Below, piece by piece: positions 35,295 through 45,119 of a stretch of DNA of 64,000 nt. Numbering within the stretch: the stretch's first letter is position 1; the number at the start of each line of letters is the position of its first letter. The notes under the pieces are model-generated. The model did no database searches. It was not told the DNA's origin and was given only the letters and a program-made list of their open reading frames with translations. Origin of the DNA: an uncultured Methanosarcinales archaeon (lineage in GTDB: Archaea; Nanobdellota; Nanobdellia; Woesearchaeales; DSVV01); the NCBI GenBank assembly GCA_964556185.1, contig CAZKVI010000003.1, positions 2,089 to 66,088 of the forward strand, given 5' to 3'. A program made the position numbers and the translations under genes.

Positions 35295-35828
35295 ATGAAA
35301 TACTTAGCAATAATCTTAGCAATTTCACTTTTATTTTTAGCAGCCTGTGGTGGAGATAATGATGACCAATCTGCTCTACAACAAAGAGCAGCTGAAAAAC
35401 AAGTTGAATATGCAGCAGACGCAGCTGAAGATGCTGCAGAAGAAGCAGCTCACGAAGCTTCACAAGAATTAGTAAACTTCAAATGTGTAATTGCAGACAT
35501 GCAAACAATATATTTCTACAAAGAAAAAGCCAAAATAAAATCTGATTGGAGTGAATCATGGTTAAATGATGATGGTTCTTTTGTAGTAATGGAATTAATG
35601 GGTGAAGAATATCTTGTTCAATACCCAGCAGATCAATCTGAAATGGATAGAGAAGGAATGATGACAACTTATCACACTTCTAAAACATTAGATAATATTG
35701 ATTGTGAATTAGATGTTGTCACAGAAGCAGACGTAACTCTTCCAGACTTAGAAATAGTTAGTGACGAAGAATTCCAGAACTTATTAATGGAAGATATGAT
35801 GGCTGGTTACGAAGATATGTATGAATAA
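35295..35828 (+). CDS. lipoprotein, function unknown
   Basis: Signal peptide plus lipobox 'LLFLAACGG'. The mature part is acidic. Confidence 0.55.
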   Translation: MKYLAIILAISLLFLAACGGDNDDQSALQQRAAEKQVEYAADAAEDAAEEAAHEASQELVNFKCVIADMQTIYFYKEKAKIKSDWSESWLNDDGSFVVMELMGEEYLVQYPADQSEMDREGMMTTYHTSKTLDNIDCELDVVTEADVTLPDLEIVSDEEFQNLLMEDMMAGYEDMYE

Positions 35829-35846
35829 TTATTTCTTTTTTTCTTT

Positions 35847-36605
35847 TTATTCTTTTGCTTGTTTCCATAAAGTCTCAAAAAACTTTCTAAAACCATCAAC
35901 TGTTTCTTGATTTTTCATTAAAATTCCAATTGGTTTTTTCTGAGAAATAAACAAAAGCACATATTCATTATAAACATAAGTTTCAACTAATGTTTTTTGA
36001 TGTAAATATCTTATTTCATGTAATTTACAATTATCATAATATATATGTCTTTGTTTTCTTTTTCTCATGTCCTCATTAAAGATTATTCTAACTTTGAAAC
36101 CTCGTTTCTCAACTCTAGCTTGGTGTTTTCTCCAAAAAATATCACCAACTTCAGGTTCTTTTCCAGCACTTGCTCCAAAAACTAAACTTTCATCTCCTTT
36201 TGACATAGAATTCTCAAGAGTTAAAAAAGCAGTTTTCAATCCATCCCAACCATAAAAGACTTCAACATCAACACTTTCTTCTGTTTTTTGATACTTCAAC
36301 AATAATGTTGGTAATAATTCTTCAACTAAAGTTTCTTCTTCAATAATCTCTTTTTTCTTTTCTTGAATAAAGTCCTTTAGTCTTTTAGGATTCGCAGCAC
36401 TAAAATGAATTACTCCATTTTTCTTTACAGATGAGATAATACCTTTTTCTAATAATCTATTTGCTATTTCATAAACCTTTGAAGAAGAAATACCAGATTT
36501 CTTAACTAGTTTTGTTCTAGTACTTTCACCTAATTCTAATAAAGCATTGTATACCTTGATTTCACCTTCTGTAAGCCCTATTTTCTTTAAATCTTTGAGA
36601 TCCAT
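35847..36605 (-). CDS. TrmB-family transcriptional regulator
   Basis: 'LKKIGLTEGEIKVYNALLELGESTRTKLVKKSGISSSKVYEIANRLLEKGI' matches the TrmB N-terminal domain. Confidence 0.75.
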   Translation of the reverse strand: MDLKDLKKIGLTEGEIKVYNALLELGESTRTKLVKKSGISSSKVYEIANRLLEKGIISSVKKNGVIHFSAANPKRLKDFIQEKKKEIIEEETLVEELLPTLLLKYQKTEESVDVEVFYGWDGLKTAFLTLENSMSKGDESLVFGASAGKEPEVGDIFWRKHQARVEKRGFKVRIIFNEDMRKRKQRHIYYDNCKLHEIRYLHQKTLVETYVYNEYVLLFISQKKPIGILMKNQETVDGFRKFFETLWKQAKE

Positions 36606-36702
36606 ATATTTAGATTATATTAAGAATATATAAATCTTTCTATAGTTGCCCCTGAAGGGGGTGCATGAGTTTAAATACCTAATACTATTCAGTAGTAATA
36701 AA

Positions 36703-38541
36703 ATGTGCGGAATAAATGGAATAGTGGATTATAAAGCCTCAATTGATGATTCAATAGTTCATGCTATGAATGATTCATTAGCACATAGGGGTCCAGATGG
36801 TGAAGGAATTTTCACATCAAGAACCAGGAATGTCGCATTAGGGAATAGGAGATTAAGTATTGTTGATATTGACAATGGTTCACAACCTGTTGTTGTAACT
36901 CACAATGGTTATGAATTTGCAATAACTTATAATGGTGAAGTTTACAATCACAAAGAGTTAAGACACGAATTAGAAAGCAGAGGATATAAATTTAAAACAA
37001 ACTCTGATACAGAAGTTGTATTAAATGCATATGTTGAATTTGGAGAAAGATGTGTAGATAGATTTAATGGTCAATTTGCTTTTGCAATCTATGATGGAAA
37101 AAAAGATTCAGTTTATTTAGCAAGAGATAAATTTGGAATTAAACCTTTATATTATGCTAATGTTAATGGTGCACTTGTTTTTAGTTCAGAACCAAAAGGA
37201 ATTTTAACTCATCCTAATTTTAATGCTAAACCAAATTTAGAAACAATTGCAGACTTTTTTTTAACAATGGATATATTTACAGATGGCCATATTTCATTAA
37301 ATAGAACTTTTTTTGATGGAATTCATGCACTTGAACCAGGAATGTATTGTGTTGTTGATAGAAATGGTTCTGAAATACAAAGATATTGGGATGTTAATAT
37401 TCATACAGATAATCCGGATGAAATTACAGAAGAATTAATTAGAAATGCAGTCTCAATTAGAATTCCTGATGAAGTTAGAGTAGGAACTGCTTTAAGTGGT
37501 GGTTTAGATTCAAGTATTGTAACTTATTTAACATTACAACAAGGACACCAACTTCCTGCTGCAACTGTTAAATACAATGGTGTTAAGTACAATCCAGATT
37601 GGGATCATGCACAATTATTTGCAGACGAGTTTGGAGTAGAAAATCTTTGTGTAGGATTAGATGCAAACACACTACTTGATGATATTGATCCAATGATTAG
37701 AGCAATGGATGAACCACATACTTCAATAAGACAACTTGGGTTGTATGCAACTTATAGGGCTTTAAGTAATGCAGGTTGTAAAGTTGTATTGGTTGGAGAG
37801 GGTGCAGATGAATTTAACATGGGTTATTTCTGGGATTATCCTGGGTTTTTTAAAGATCATGATAAAGTCGCTAGTGCAAATTCACTAAGAACATTCATGC
37901 AAAGAAAAGTAGGATTTGTTTCAAGATATTTTACAAGAGATTTTTTAGATGGGATTAATTTTAACACAGTAATTGATTCTACAATTGAAAATTATTACAG
38001 TAGATGTAAACATCCAGATAAATTTGAAAGAATGAGATATTATTATGCTAAAAAATTCTTAAAATATAGATTGGATGCTAATGATAAGTGTGGAATGGCA
38101 CATTCAGTTGAAGCTCGTGTCCCATTTTTAGATCCGGGTGTTGTGGCTGCAGCATTAAGCATACCTTACAAAGATCATTTAAGATTTGGAAGTGAAAAAT
38201 ATCCTTTAAGACATGCATTTGAAACCCAACTTCCACAAGCAATCATTGATAGAAGAAAATATTCTTTTCCTGAGAGCCAAGATGTTAGATTTCATAAAAT
38301 GGTTGCAGATGAATTAGATAGAAATATGTATGGAATTAATAGTGAAGTTTGGGATATTTTTGATAGAAATTATGTAACAGAATTAAATACAAGATTCAGA
38401 AGAAAATTAAGTTTATTACATGGAAAAGACGCTACTGATTTAACCACTGAAACAGCAATGAATGAAGATGATGATGTCAGAATAAAACATGTATTTAGTG
38501 TATTAACATTCATGCGTTGGTTTGAGATGAATTTTGGTTAA
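36703..38541 (+). CDS. asnB: asparagine synthase (glutamine-hydrolysing)
   Basis: Starts 'MCGINGIV' with the Ntn Cys2. The 'SGGLDSS' PP-loop is present. TATA 'agtttaaatacc' lies 23 nt upstream. The listed TTG start at 36646 lies in the promoter. Confidence 0.85.
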   Translation: MCGINGIVDYKASIDDSIVHAMNDSLAHRGPDGEGIFTSRTRNVALGNRRLSIVDIDNGSQPVVVTHNGYEFAITYNGEVYNHKELRHELESRGYKFKTNSDTEVVLNAYVEFGERCVDRFNGQFAFAIYDGKKDSVYLARDKFGIKPLYYANVNGALVFSSEPKGILTHPNFNAKPNLETIADFFLTMDIFTDGHISLNRTFFDGIHALEPGMYCVVDRNGSEIQRYWDVNIHTDNPDEITEELIRNAVSIRIPDEVRVGTALSGGLDSSIVTYLTLQQGHQLPAATVKYNGVKYNPDWDHAQLFADEFGVENLCVGLDANTLLDDIDPMIRAMDEPHTSIRQLGLYATYRALSNAGCKVVLVGEGADEFNMGYFWDYPGFFKDHDKVASANSLRTFMQRKVGFVSRYFTRDFLDGINFNTVIDSTIENYYSRCKHPDKFERMRYYYAKKFLKYRLDANDKCGMAHSVEARVPFLDPGVVAAALSIPYKDHLRFGSEKYPLRHAFETQLPQAIIDRRKYSFPESQDVRFHKMVADELDRNMYGINSEVWDIFDRNYVTELNTRFRRKLSLLHGKDATDLTTETAMNEDDDVRIKHVFSVLTFMRWFEMNFG

Positions 38542-38647
38542 TTTCCTCAGTAAACCTTAAATACTTGTTCTGTATTCTAACTAATGATAAGGGCTCTTTG
38601 AACAATAGTTTTCTATTGGCTTGATGATAAGTATTTAGAGGAATATT

Positions 38648-39094
38648 ATGCTAGACGGAAAACAAATTGCAGATGTTGTTAGAGCTTTTGAAGAAGAAGT
38701 ATTAAGCCAAATAGCTCCTGATCAAGCAGCAGATGCAGCTGCAGATCTTGATATGAGGTTACGTAGAGATTTATTAGGTGATGCAGTGTTCGGTGATATT
38801 GTTTTTAAAGATGGTTATTATTATAGCACAAGTTCCCAGTATGGCAAACAAAAAGCAGACTCAACACCAGGTCTTATCTTAAGGTATTTATTGGACCATG
38901 AAGGAGAAACTTTCTCAAAAGATGAACTCTTTCCAAACATTCCACGTGAAGACAGTACTTGTTCTGGTGCATTAACACTTGATGTTATTCCTTGGGTAAA
39001 TGAATATTCAAAAGTCTATGAAGCATTTAAAGAAGGATATGCACCTACAAAATATGGAATAAGAAGAATACAAGAAGCTCCTCAAGATACTTAA
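38648..39094 (+). CDS. hypothetical protein
   Basis: 148-aa ORF with SD 'agagga'. No family recognised. Confidence 0.45.
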   Translation: MLDGKQIADVVRAFEEEVLSQIAPDQAADAAADLDMRLRRDLLGDAVFGDIVFKDGYYYSTSSQYGKQKADSTPGLILRYLLDHEGETFSKDELFPNIPREDSTCSGALTLDVIPWVNEYSKVYEAFKEGYAPTKYGIRRIQEAPQDT

Positions 39095-40077
39095 TCTTCC
39101 ATATCTTTTATTTTCTTCCAATCTTCTTCCATCTCTCGCAACAATTCAATATCAAATTTCTCAGATAACTTTTTCCTTAATTTTGCAGCACCAGGAACAC
39201 CTTTTGTGAAAAAGAATGCGTGCTGTTTTAAGTCATTGAAATCAAGATTAAACTCTTTCCATAACTTAAGATACTCTTCAAACATTTCAACTTTCGATTT
39301 CTGCTCCAAAACTTTCCCAGTCCTAAGATACTCATCAATCTGTTTAAACAAAAATGGATTTCCACATGCAGCTCTTCCAATCATTATTCCATCACAATTA
39401 GTCTGTTTCAATAATAACTCTGCACTTTTGCAATCAACAACATCTCCATTTCCAATAACTGGAATATTTAATTCATCCTTAACTTCCTTAATCACAAACC
39501 ATTTTGCTTTGCCAGAATAAGATTGCGCAACTGTTCTACCATGAATAGTTATTGCAGATGCTCCTGCCTTCTCTATCACCCTCGCAATCTTCAAACAATT
39601 ATGCTTTTTAATACCAGATCGAATTTTCGCAGTAACTGGTTTATCAGTAGAAGAAACCATTGCTTCAATAATTTCTTTAATCTTTGCAGGCCTTTTCAAT
39701 AAAGCAGAACCAGCACCTTGTTGTATAATTTTTCTAGCAGGACAACCAAAATTAAAATCAATTATATCTGCTTTTTTCTCAATAATTGAAACAGCTTTTT
39801 TAATAACATCTATTCTAGTTCCAAATAATTGCATTGCTACTGGCTTATCTCTAGCACAAGTAGCTGTCATTCTTATTGTAGCTTTATTATTCCTAGATAA
39901 GGCATTTGCATTGATCATCTCACTAACACATAATCCAGCATTATACTTATTACACATAACCCTAAAAGCCACATTTGAAACACCTGCCATAGGTGCCAAT
40001 ATAAGGTTATTCCTTAACTTTAGCTTGCCAATCTTCATATATGTGAAGAAATTCATAATATTTATAAAACCTTCCAA
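39091..40077 (-). CDS. dus: tRNA-dihydrouridine synthase (DusB-like)
   Basis: 'LILAPMAGVSNVAFRVMC', 'NFGCPARKI' and 'ITIHGRT' are present. The true start may be the internal MKIGKL. Confidence 0.8.
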   Translation of the reverse strand: MEGFINIMNFFTYMKIGKLKLRNNLILAPMAGVSNVAFRVMCNKYNAGLCVSEMINANALSRNNKATIRMTATCARDKPVAMQLFGTRIDVIKKAVSIIEKKADIIDFNFGCPARKIIQQGAGSALLKRPAKIKEIIEAMVSSTDKPVTAKIRSGIKKHNCLKIARVIEKAGASAITIHGRTVAQSYSGKAKWFVIKEVKDELNIPVIGNGDVVDCKSAELLLKQTNCDGIMIGRAACGNPFLFKQIDEYLRTGKVLEQKSKVEMFEEYLKLWKEFNLDFNDLKQHAFFFTKGVPGAAKLRKKLSEKFDIELLREMEEDWKKIKDMED

Positions 40078-40091
40078 CTTCGCAATTTTCT

Positions 40092-42887
40092 ATGTCAATA
40101 CAACCTACAAAGAAAAACCCAATATTCTCATTTATTATACCGATCTTAATTGTAATTTTCTTTTCATCAACTAAATTAATCAATTTAGTAACAGATTATT
40201 GGTGGTTCGATGCATTAGGTTTCAAAGAAATCTTTATGATCAGCTTAAAAGCTAAATTAACATTATTCATAGCAGCAGCATTATTCTTCTTCATATTCGC
40301 ATTAATTAATCTAACTATCTCAACCTATCTAAACAAGAAAATAACAATGCCAAAAGGTGTTAAACCAATACCATTTAGATTCAAACTTTTATTAACATCT
40401 TTAGTGGCTTTATTTGTTGGTTTTGTATCTTACAATTCTTGGTTTAATGTTTTGCAATACTTAAATCAAACACCTTTTAATTTACAAGATCCAATATTTT
40501 TTAGAGATGTTGCATTCTATGTGTTTTCATTGCCATTTTTCTTATTTGCCTGGAAATTTTTAATGGCAACTTTAGTAATTACAACAATTATTGTAGCTAT
40601 AGATTATTTACAAGCAATATTCTTTTCATTACTTAAGAAAAAACATGACAAACCACAAGTTGTTGATGCAAACGGAATCCCAAGAAGTACTGGTCAAATA
40701 AACATAGCTGAAATATTCAAAAACATAAAACAATATGCATTAGTACATCTAGCTTTCTTAGGTTCATTATTTTTCATTTTATTAGCTGTAAAACATTATT
40801 TAACAAAATTCTCAATTATGTATTCAGAAGCAGGAATTGTCGTCGGAGCCGGTTATACAGATGTAGTAGTTTTTGTCCCAATTGTAAAATTACTTACAAT
40901 CTTAGCAGTCATTGTGTCTGTATTATTCTTTGTCTGGATTTTTGTAATATCAAAATCACAAAGATTAAAGAAAAGACATATTTTAGCTTACTTCGTAATC
41001 CTATATTTGATATTTTTCTTTATAGCACCAACAGTAATCCCAGGTGTAATTCAAGCATTAAAAGTTGATCCAAATGAAATCAATCTAGAAAAACCTTATA
41101 TTGAAAACAATATTGAATTTACAAAAATTGCTTACGGTTTAGAAGATGTTGAAGAAACAGATTTCTCAGTAGAAATGTCATTAACACCAGAAATCTTAGA
41201 AGAAAATCCAGAAACAATTGATAATGTAAGAATATTAGATTGGAGACCATTAACACAAACATATAAACAAACACAAGAAATAAGGTTGTATTATGATTTA
41301 GCAAATATTGATATTGATAGATATACAATTGAAGGAAAATATACAGAAGTCATGCTCTCACCAAGAGAAATTAATCAATATCAAATCATAGATAATGCAC
41401 AAACATGGGTTAATTTACACATGGTTTATACTCATGGTTATGGTGTTGTAGTAAGTCCTGTTAATAAAGTCACAGAACAAGGAATGCCTGAGTATCTTGT
41501 ACAAGATATTCCATCTGTGTATAATGTTGATGAACCTTCTTTAATTGTAGAAACACCACAAATATATTATGGAGAAATAGACAATGATTTTATCTTAACA
41601 AACACATTAACTCCAGAATTTGATTATCCAAAGGGAAACACAAATGAATACCTGCATTATGATGGAAATGGCGGAATTGTTCTCGACACTTTCTGGAAAA
41701 AAGCATTAATGGCATTAAGATTCATGGATATTAAGATATTATTATCAGATGATTTAACTATAGAAAGTAAGATAATGTTTACAAGAGCAATCCAAGACAG
41801 AATTGCAAAATTAACACCATTCTTAATGCTTGATTATGATCCTTATTTAGTTATCAATGATGGAAAATTATATTGGATACAAGATGCTTACACTTATACA
41901 GGGAACTTCCCATACTCTGAAAAATACAACATGATTAATTACATGAGGAACTCTGTGAAAATTGTAGTCGATGCATACAATGGAGATGTAACTTATTATA
42001 TTGTTGACACAGAAGATCCATTAATTGCAACATATGCAAAAATCTTCCCAGATCAATTTAAGTCATTCGAAGAATTCCCAGAAGGATTAATTGAACATAT
42101 TAGATATCCTGAAAACTTATTTGATATACAAGCTTACATTTATAGTACATATCATATGAATGATCCAACTGTCTTTTATAATAAAGAAGATGCATGGGAT
42201 ATTCCTACAGAAGTCTATGGTACTGGTCAACAAATATATGTTGAACCATATTATATTATTATGAAATTACCAGGAGAAGAATCTGAAGAATTTGTTTTAA
42301 TGACTTCATTTACTCCAATAAGTAAAGATAATATGATTGCATGGCTAGCAGCAAGATCTGACGGAGATAATTATGGTAAACTATTGTTATACAAATTCCC
42401 AAAAGATAAATTAATCTATGGTCCATTACAAATAGAAGCTAAATTTGACCAAGACTCAGAAATATCTCAGCAATTAACACTTTGGTCTCAACAAGGTTCT
42501 AGTGTTACAAGAGGTAACTTATTAGTAATTCCAATTGATGATAGTATTTTATACATTGAACCACTTTATATCCAAGCAGAAACAGGTCAATTGCCAGAAT
42601 TAAAAAGAGTTTTAGTTTCAGATGGAGAAAGAGTAGTAATGGAACAATATTTATCAGATGCATTAGAAATTCTATTCGGAAAATCATCAACAGTTGAAGA
42701 TACAGAAGACGACAGGGAATATACTGGAGATGTAGAATACTCAGGCGATGAAACAGATGAAGAATTAATGCAATCTGCTCAAGATTACTATGATTCAATA
42801 TTAGAATCTATGGAATCTGGTGATTGGGTAGAATTTGGAGAAAACTTTGACAATCTTGGCCAAGTTTTGAATGAATTGAATAATTAA
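40092..42887 (+). CDS. UPF0182-family large membrane protein
   Basis: The N-terminus has multiple TM helices with 'LVTDYWWFDALGF'. A large soluble C-terminal domain follows. Confidence 0.65.
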   Translation: MSIQPTKKNPIFSFIIPILIVIFFSSTKLINLVTDYWWFDALGFKEIFMISLKAKLTLFIAAALFFFIFALINLTISTYLNKKITMPKGVKPIPFRFKLLLTSLVALFVGFVSYNSWFNVLQYLNQTPFNLQDPIFFRDVAFYVFSLPFFLFAWKFLMATLVITTIIVAIDYLQAIFFSLLKKKHDKPQVVDANGIPRSTGQINIAEIFKNIKQYALVHLAFLGSLFFILLAVKHYLTKFSIMYSEAGIVVGAGYTDVVVFVPIVKLLTILAVIVSVLFFVWIFVISKSQRLKKRHILAYFVILYLIFFFIAPTVIPGVIQALKVDPNEINLEKPYIENNIEFTKIAYGLEDVEETDFSVEMSLTPEILEENPETIDNVRILDWRPLTQTYKQTQEIRLYYDLANIDIDRYTIEGKYTEVMLSPREINQYQIIDNAQTWVNLHMVYTHGYGVVVSPVNKVTEQGMPEYLVQDIPSVYNVDEPSLIVETPQIYYGEIDNDFILTNTLTPEFDYPKGNTNEYLHYDGNGGIVLDTFWKKALMALRFMDIKILLSDDLTIESKIMFTRAIQDRIAKLTPFLMLDYDPYLVINDGKLYWIQDAYTYTGNFPYSEKYNMINYMRNSVKIVVDAYNGDVTYYIVDTEDPLIATYAKIFPDQFKSFEEFPEGLIEHIRYPENLFDIQAYIYSTYHMNDPTVFYNKEDAWDIPTEVYGTGQQIYVEPYYIIMKLPGEESEEFVLMTSFTPISKDNMIAWLAARSDGDNYGKLLLYKFPKDKLIYGPLQIEAKFDQDSEISQQLTLWSQQGSSVTRGNLLVIPIDDSILYIEPLYIQAETGQLPELKRVLVSDGERVVMEQYLSDALEILFGKSSTVEDTEDDREYTGDVEYSGDETDEELMQSAQDYYDSILESMESGDWVEFGENFDNLGQVLNELNN

Positions 42888-43204
42888 TCAACTTTCATAT
42901 CTTTTAATTTCTTATTTATTGTAATTTCAATTAAATCTAAATTAATATTTTCATAACCTTTAGATATTCTTAATTGTAACTCTGCATTTACTTTTCTGTT
43001 TAATTTATTCTTAATATTTTCAATATCTTTATCTGGCAATACTGTATAAGTTGGATTTATCTTCTCTCTGTATTTCATAGAAATATCAAAACTATTCTTA
43101 AGTTCTTTATCATAATGTTTTCTAATGTTGTCGTCATCAATGGCTTTAGATAATATTTCATGGATTATTGAATTTGATAAGTTACCAATAAATAAGTCTA
43201 TCAA
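42884..43204 (-). CDS. hypothetical protein (non-ATG start, uncertain)
   Basis: The ORF begins at TTG. It is preceded by the palindromic promoter module at 43207-43300. Confidence 0.3.
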   Translation of the reverse strand: MIDLFIGNLSNSIIHEILSKAIDDDNIRKHYDKELKNSFDISMKYREKINPTYTVLPDKDIENIKNKLNRKVNAELQLRISKGYENINLDLIEITINKKLKDMKVD

Positions 43205-43206
43205 TT

Positions 43207-43300
43207 TATACTAAAAGTGATTAATTTTCGTACAAATTAATCACTTTTGTATATACCAGAGTGTAAAATAATTTGACTTTATTTTACACTTTAAGTATAT
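43207..43300. repeat. palindrome-rich intergenic module, copy 1
   Basis: 'tatactAAAAGTGATTAATTTtcgtacAAATTAATCACTTTTgtatata...AGTGTAAAATAAtttgactTTATTTTACACTttaagtatat'. It shares its ends and core with 50041-50116. Confidence 0.7.
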
Positions 43301-43302
43301 TT

Positions 43303-44100
43303 CTATTTTGAACCACTTTTAATCCCTCTCAAAATCTTTGTTTCTAATTTCTTATACAATTTCTTGTATTTTCTAAGAAATCTCTTTTTATCACTTATTA
43401 TGTTCTCTTTTATTTCTTTGTATGCATTCTTTCCGAACAATTTATCAATTTCCTTGTCAACTTTATCTTTACTTATCTTATTTTTATTTAAAAACAATGA
43501 AATAGAAACAACATTCCTTAACATTTCATATTTTTCATTACCATTTAACATATTAAAGTTTTCAATTAATAATTTGCTTTTTAATAAGTGCAAATCTAAT
43601 ATTTTATAATTAATTTTATGTTTTGTTTTATAGATAAATCTTTTTCTAGTAATACATTTACTTAACATTGTTTGATACAATGGATCTGTATTCAAACCAT
43701 TAATTAAGGCTTTATTATTTATTAGAATTATGTGCGGTTTAATACCTAATTTATTTTCTAATTCTTCTTCAAGATATTTCTCATCAATTTGATCATCCAT
43801 AATAACTAATACATCAATATCATTAAAATGAAACCCTTTTTCTAAAAATGAACCTGTTATGATTAGGTTATCATAAGTTTTGAATATTTTATCTATATTC
43901 TCAAATATTTGGCTGATTATATTAACTTTTACAGGCTCTAAGAAGTCAATATTATAGAAAAATGGTTTCTCAATAGGTCTTTCTAACTCTTGTAATGGTT
44001 TTATGGTTACATGACTACCTACTTCAAACCCAAGCCTTCTTTTTGGGATGTATATTTGATCCATCCTACTTCCTTTACTAATCTTACTTATTAGTTTCAT
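43303..44100 (-). CDS. Pol-beta-superfamily nucleotidyltransferase-domain protein
   Basis: 'LIITGSFLEKGFHFNDIDVLVI' has the GS...DxD motif. The N-terminal 'IYIPKRRLGFEVGSHVTIKPL' is AbrB/SpoVT-like. Confidence 0.5.
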   Translation of the reverse strand: MKLISKISKGSRMDQIYIPKRRLGFEVGSHVTIKPLQELERPIEKPFFYNIDFLEPVKVNIISQIFENIDKIFKTYDNLIITGSFLEKGFHFNDIDVLVIMDDQIDEKYLEEELENKLGIKPHIILINNKALINGLNTDPLYQTMLSKCITRKRFIYKTKHKINYKILDLHLLKSKLLIENFNMLNGNEKYEMLRNVVSISLFLNKNKISKDKVDKEIDKLFGKNAYKEIKENIISDKKRFLRKYKKLYKKLETKILRGIKSGSK

Positions 44101-44140
44101 ATTACGTAATATTACGTAATAATATATAAATCTTTCGGTT

Positions 44141-44443
44141 TTATTTCAGGCTTTTATTATTTAATCTAGCTTTTCTAATTTTAATAAGCTTCTTAATCTT
44201 CTTATTCCATCTTTTAATATCTAAAAATTTAGCAAAACAAGATTTATCACTTCTTAATTTTGTTCTGTCATCATAACCTCTAAATCCATCTCTATAATTT
44301 GTCCAATCATCATACATTTCTTTTGGTTCTAGACATTCTTCAATTAGTTTACTCTTTTTTAACTTAATGGTTGAGTTAGGAGTAACTCTACCACTATGTC
44401 TTCTTTTCTTTCTGTTCATTTTATTAGAATACCCTAATGACAA
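44141..44443 (-). CDS. small basic protein, unknown
   Basis: 100-aa K/R-rich ORF. Confidence 0.35.
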   Translation of the reverse strand: MSLGYSNKMNRKKRRHSGRVTPNSTIKLKKSKLIEECLEPKEMYDDWTNYRDGFRGYDDRTKLRSDKSCFAKFLDIKRWNKKIKKLIKIRKARLNNKSLK

Positions 44444-44556
44444 GGCTTTTACCTTGCCATTTTAAGATTATATCTATTAAGGGTAGCAGCACATGGCTTT
44501 GCATCTTTTCTCACCATCTGTCCAAAAGTACATGACTTATTTTTATTGTTCTTGGA

Positions 44557-44904
44557 CTATGAGTTAATTGTTGGAGAAGTTTTACTAATCTCTTCAATAG
44601 ATTTTAAAGCTTCTTCAATTGCTTTAATCTTTTCTTCAGAGATCTCTTCTTTTTCCACAATCCTTTGTTTCATATTATCATATTCTTGTATGGCTTTCTC
44701 AATCTCTCTTTCTTTATTCCTTTTTTCTCTTTTTATGTCTTCTTCAATATCTTTGTTCCAGTTTTCTAAATCAATCTTTAATTCTTCTATTTGTTGTTCT
44801 TTGTGTTTTAATTTTTCCTTAAATGTTGACTTGGTAGTCATGATGTCAAGTTTTCTTCCTGTAAGTCTTTCCACAATACTATATCTTGATTGACTTTCTG
44901 TCAT
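44557..44904 (-). CDS. coiled-coil protein, unknown
   Basis: 115 aa. SD GAGGTGA lies upstream. The gene begins 30 nt after the 3' end of the unusual tRNA. Confidence 0.4.
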   Translation of the reverse strand: MTESQSRYSIVERLTGRKLDIMTTKSTFKEKLKHKEQQIEELKIDLENWNKDIEEDIKREKRNKEREIEKAIQEYDNMKQRIVEKEEISEEKIKAIEEALKSIEEISKTSPTINS

Positions 44905-44934
44905 GTTCTCACCTCATTTTTTTACTGTTAATAG

Positions 44935-45070
44935 CGCCAGGGACGGGAGTTTCAGTAACTTCAAAGAGTTACACCCCATCAGTTGACATTTGAACCCACG
45001 TGACATTCAGGGGACGAATGTCAACTGGATCATCAGTCCAGCGTCTTGAGCCAGACTCGACCACCCTGGC
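44935..45070 (-). tRNA. unusual class-II (long variable arm) tRNA with anticodon loop CUGAUGA (formal anticodon GAU) and a 40-nt insertion in the T arm
   Basis: Acceptor GCCAGGG/CCCTGGC with G73. Ser/Leu-type D arm 'TGGTCGAGTCTGGCTCAAGAC'. Anticodon arm CTGGA-CTGATGA-TCCAG. Variable hairpin TGACATTC-GTCCCCT-GAATGTCA (8 bp). T arm GTGGG-TTCAAAT-[40 nt]-CCCGT. Confidence 0.55.
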
Positions 45071-45119
45071 CTCGCCAACAGTAAAGTTTATATACTTGTT
45101 TGAATATACAATTAATTAA

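Noticed and set aside
44935-45070. Box C/D sRNA reading of the odd tRNA (UGAUGA in the anticodon loop, several CUGA).
   Set aside because: The spacers are 19-24 nt rather than ~12 nt. The CUGA tetramers are explained by chance, and the overall fold is clearly tRNA-like.
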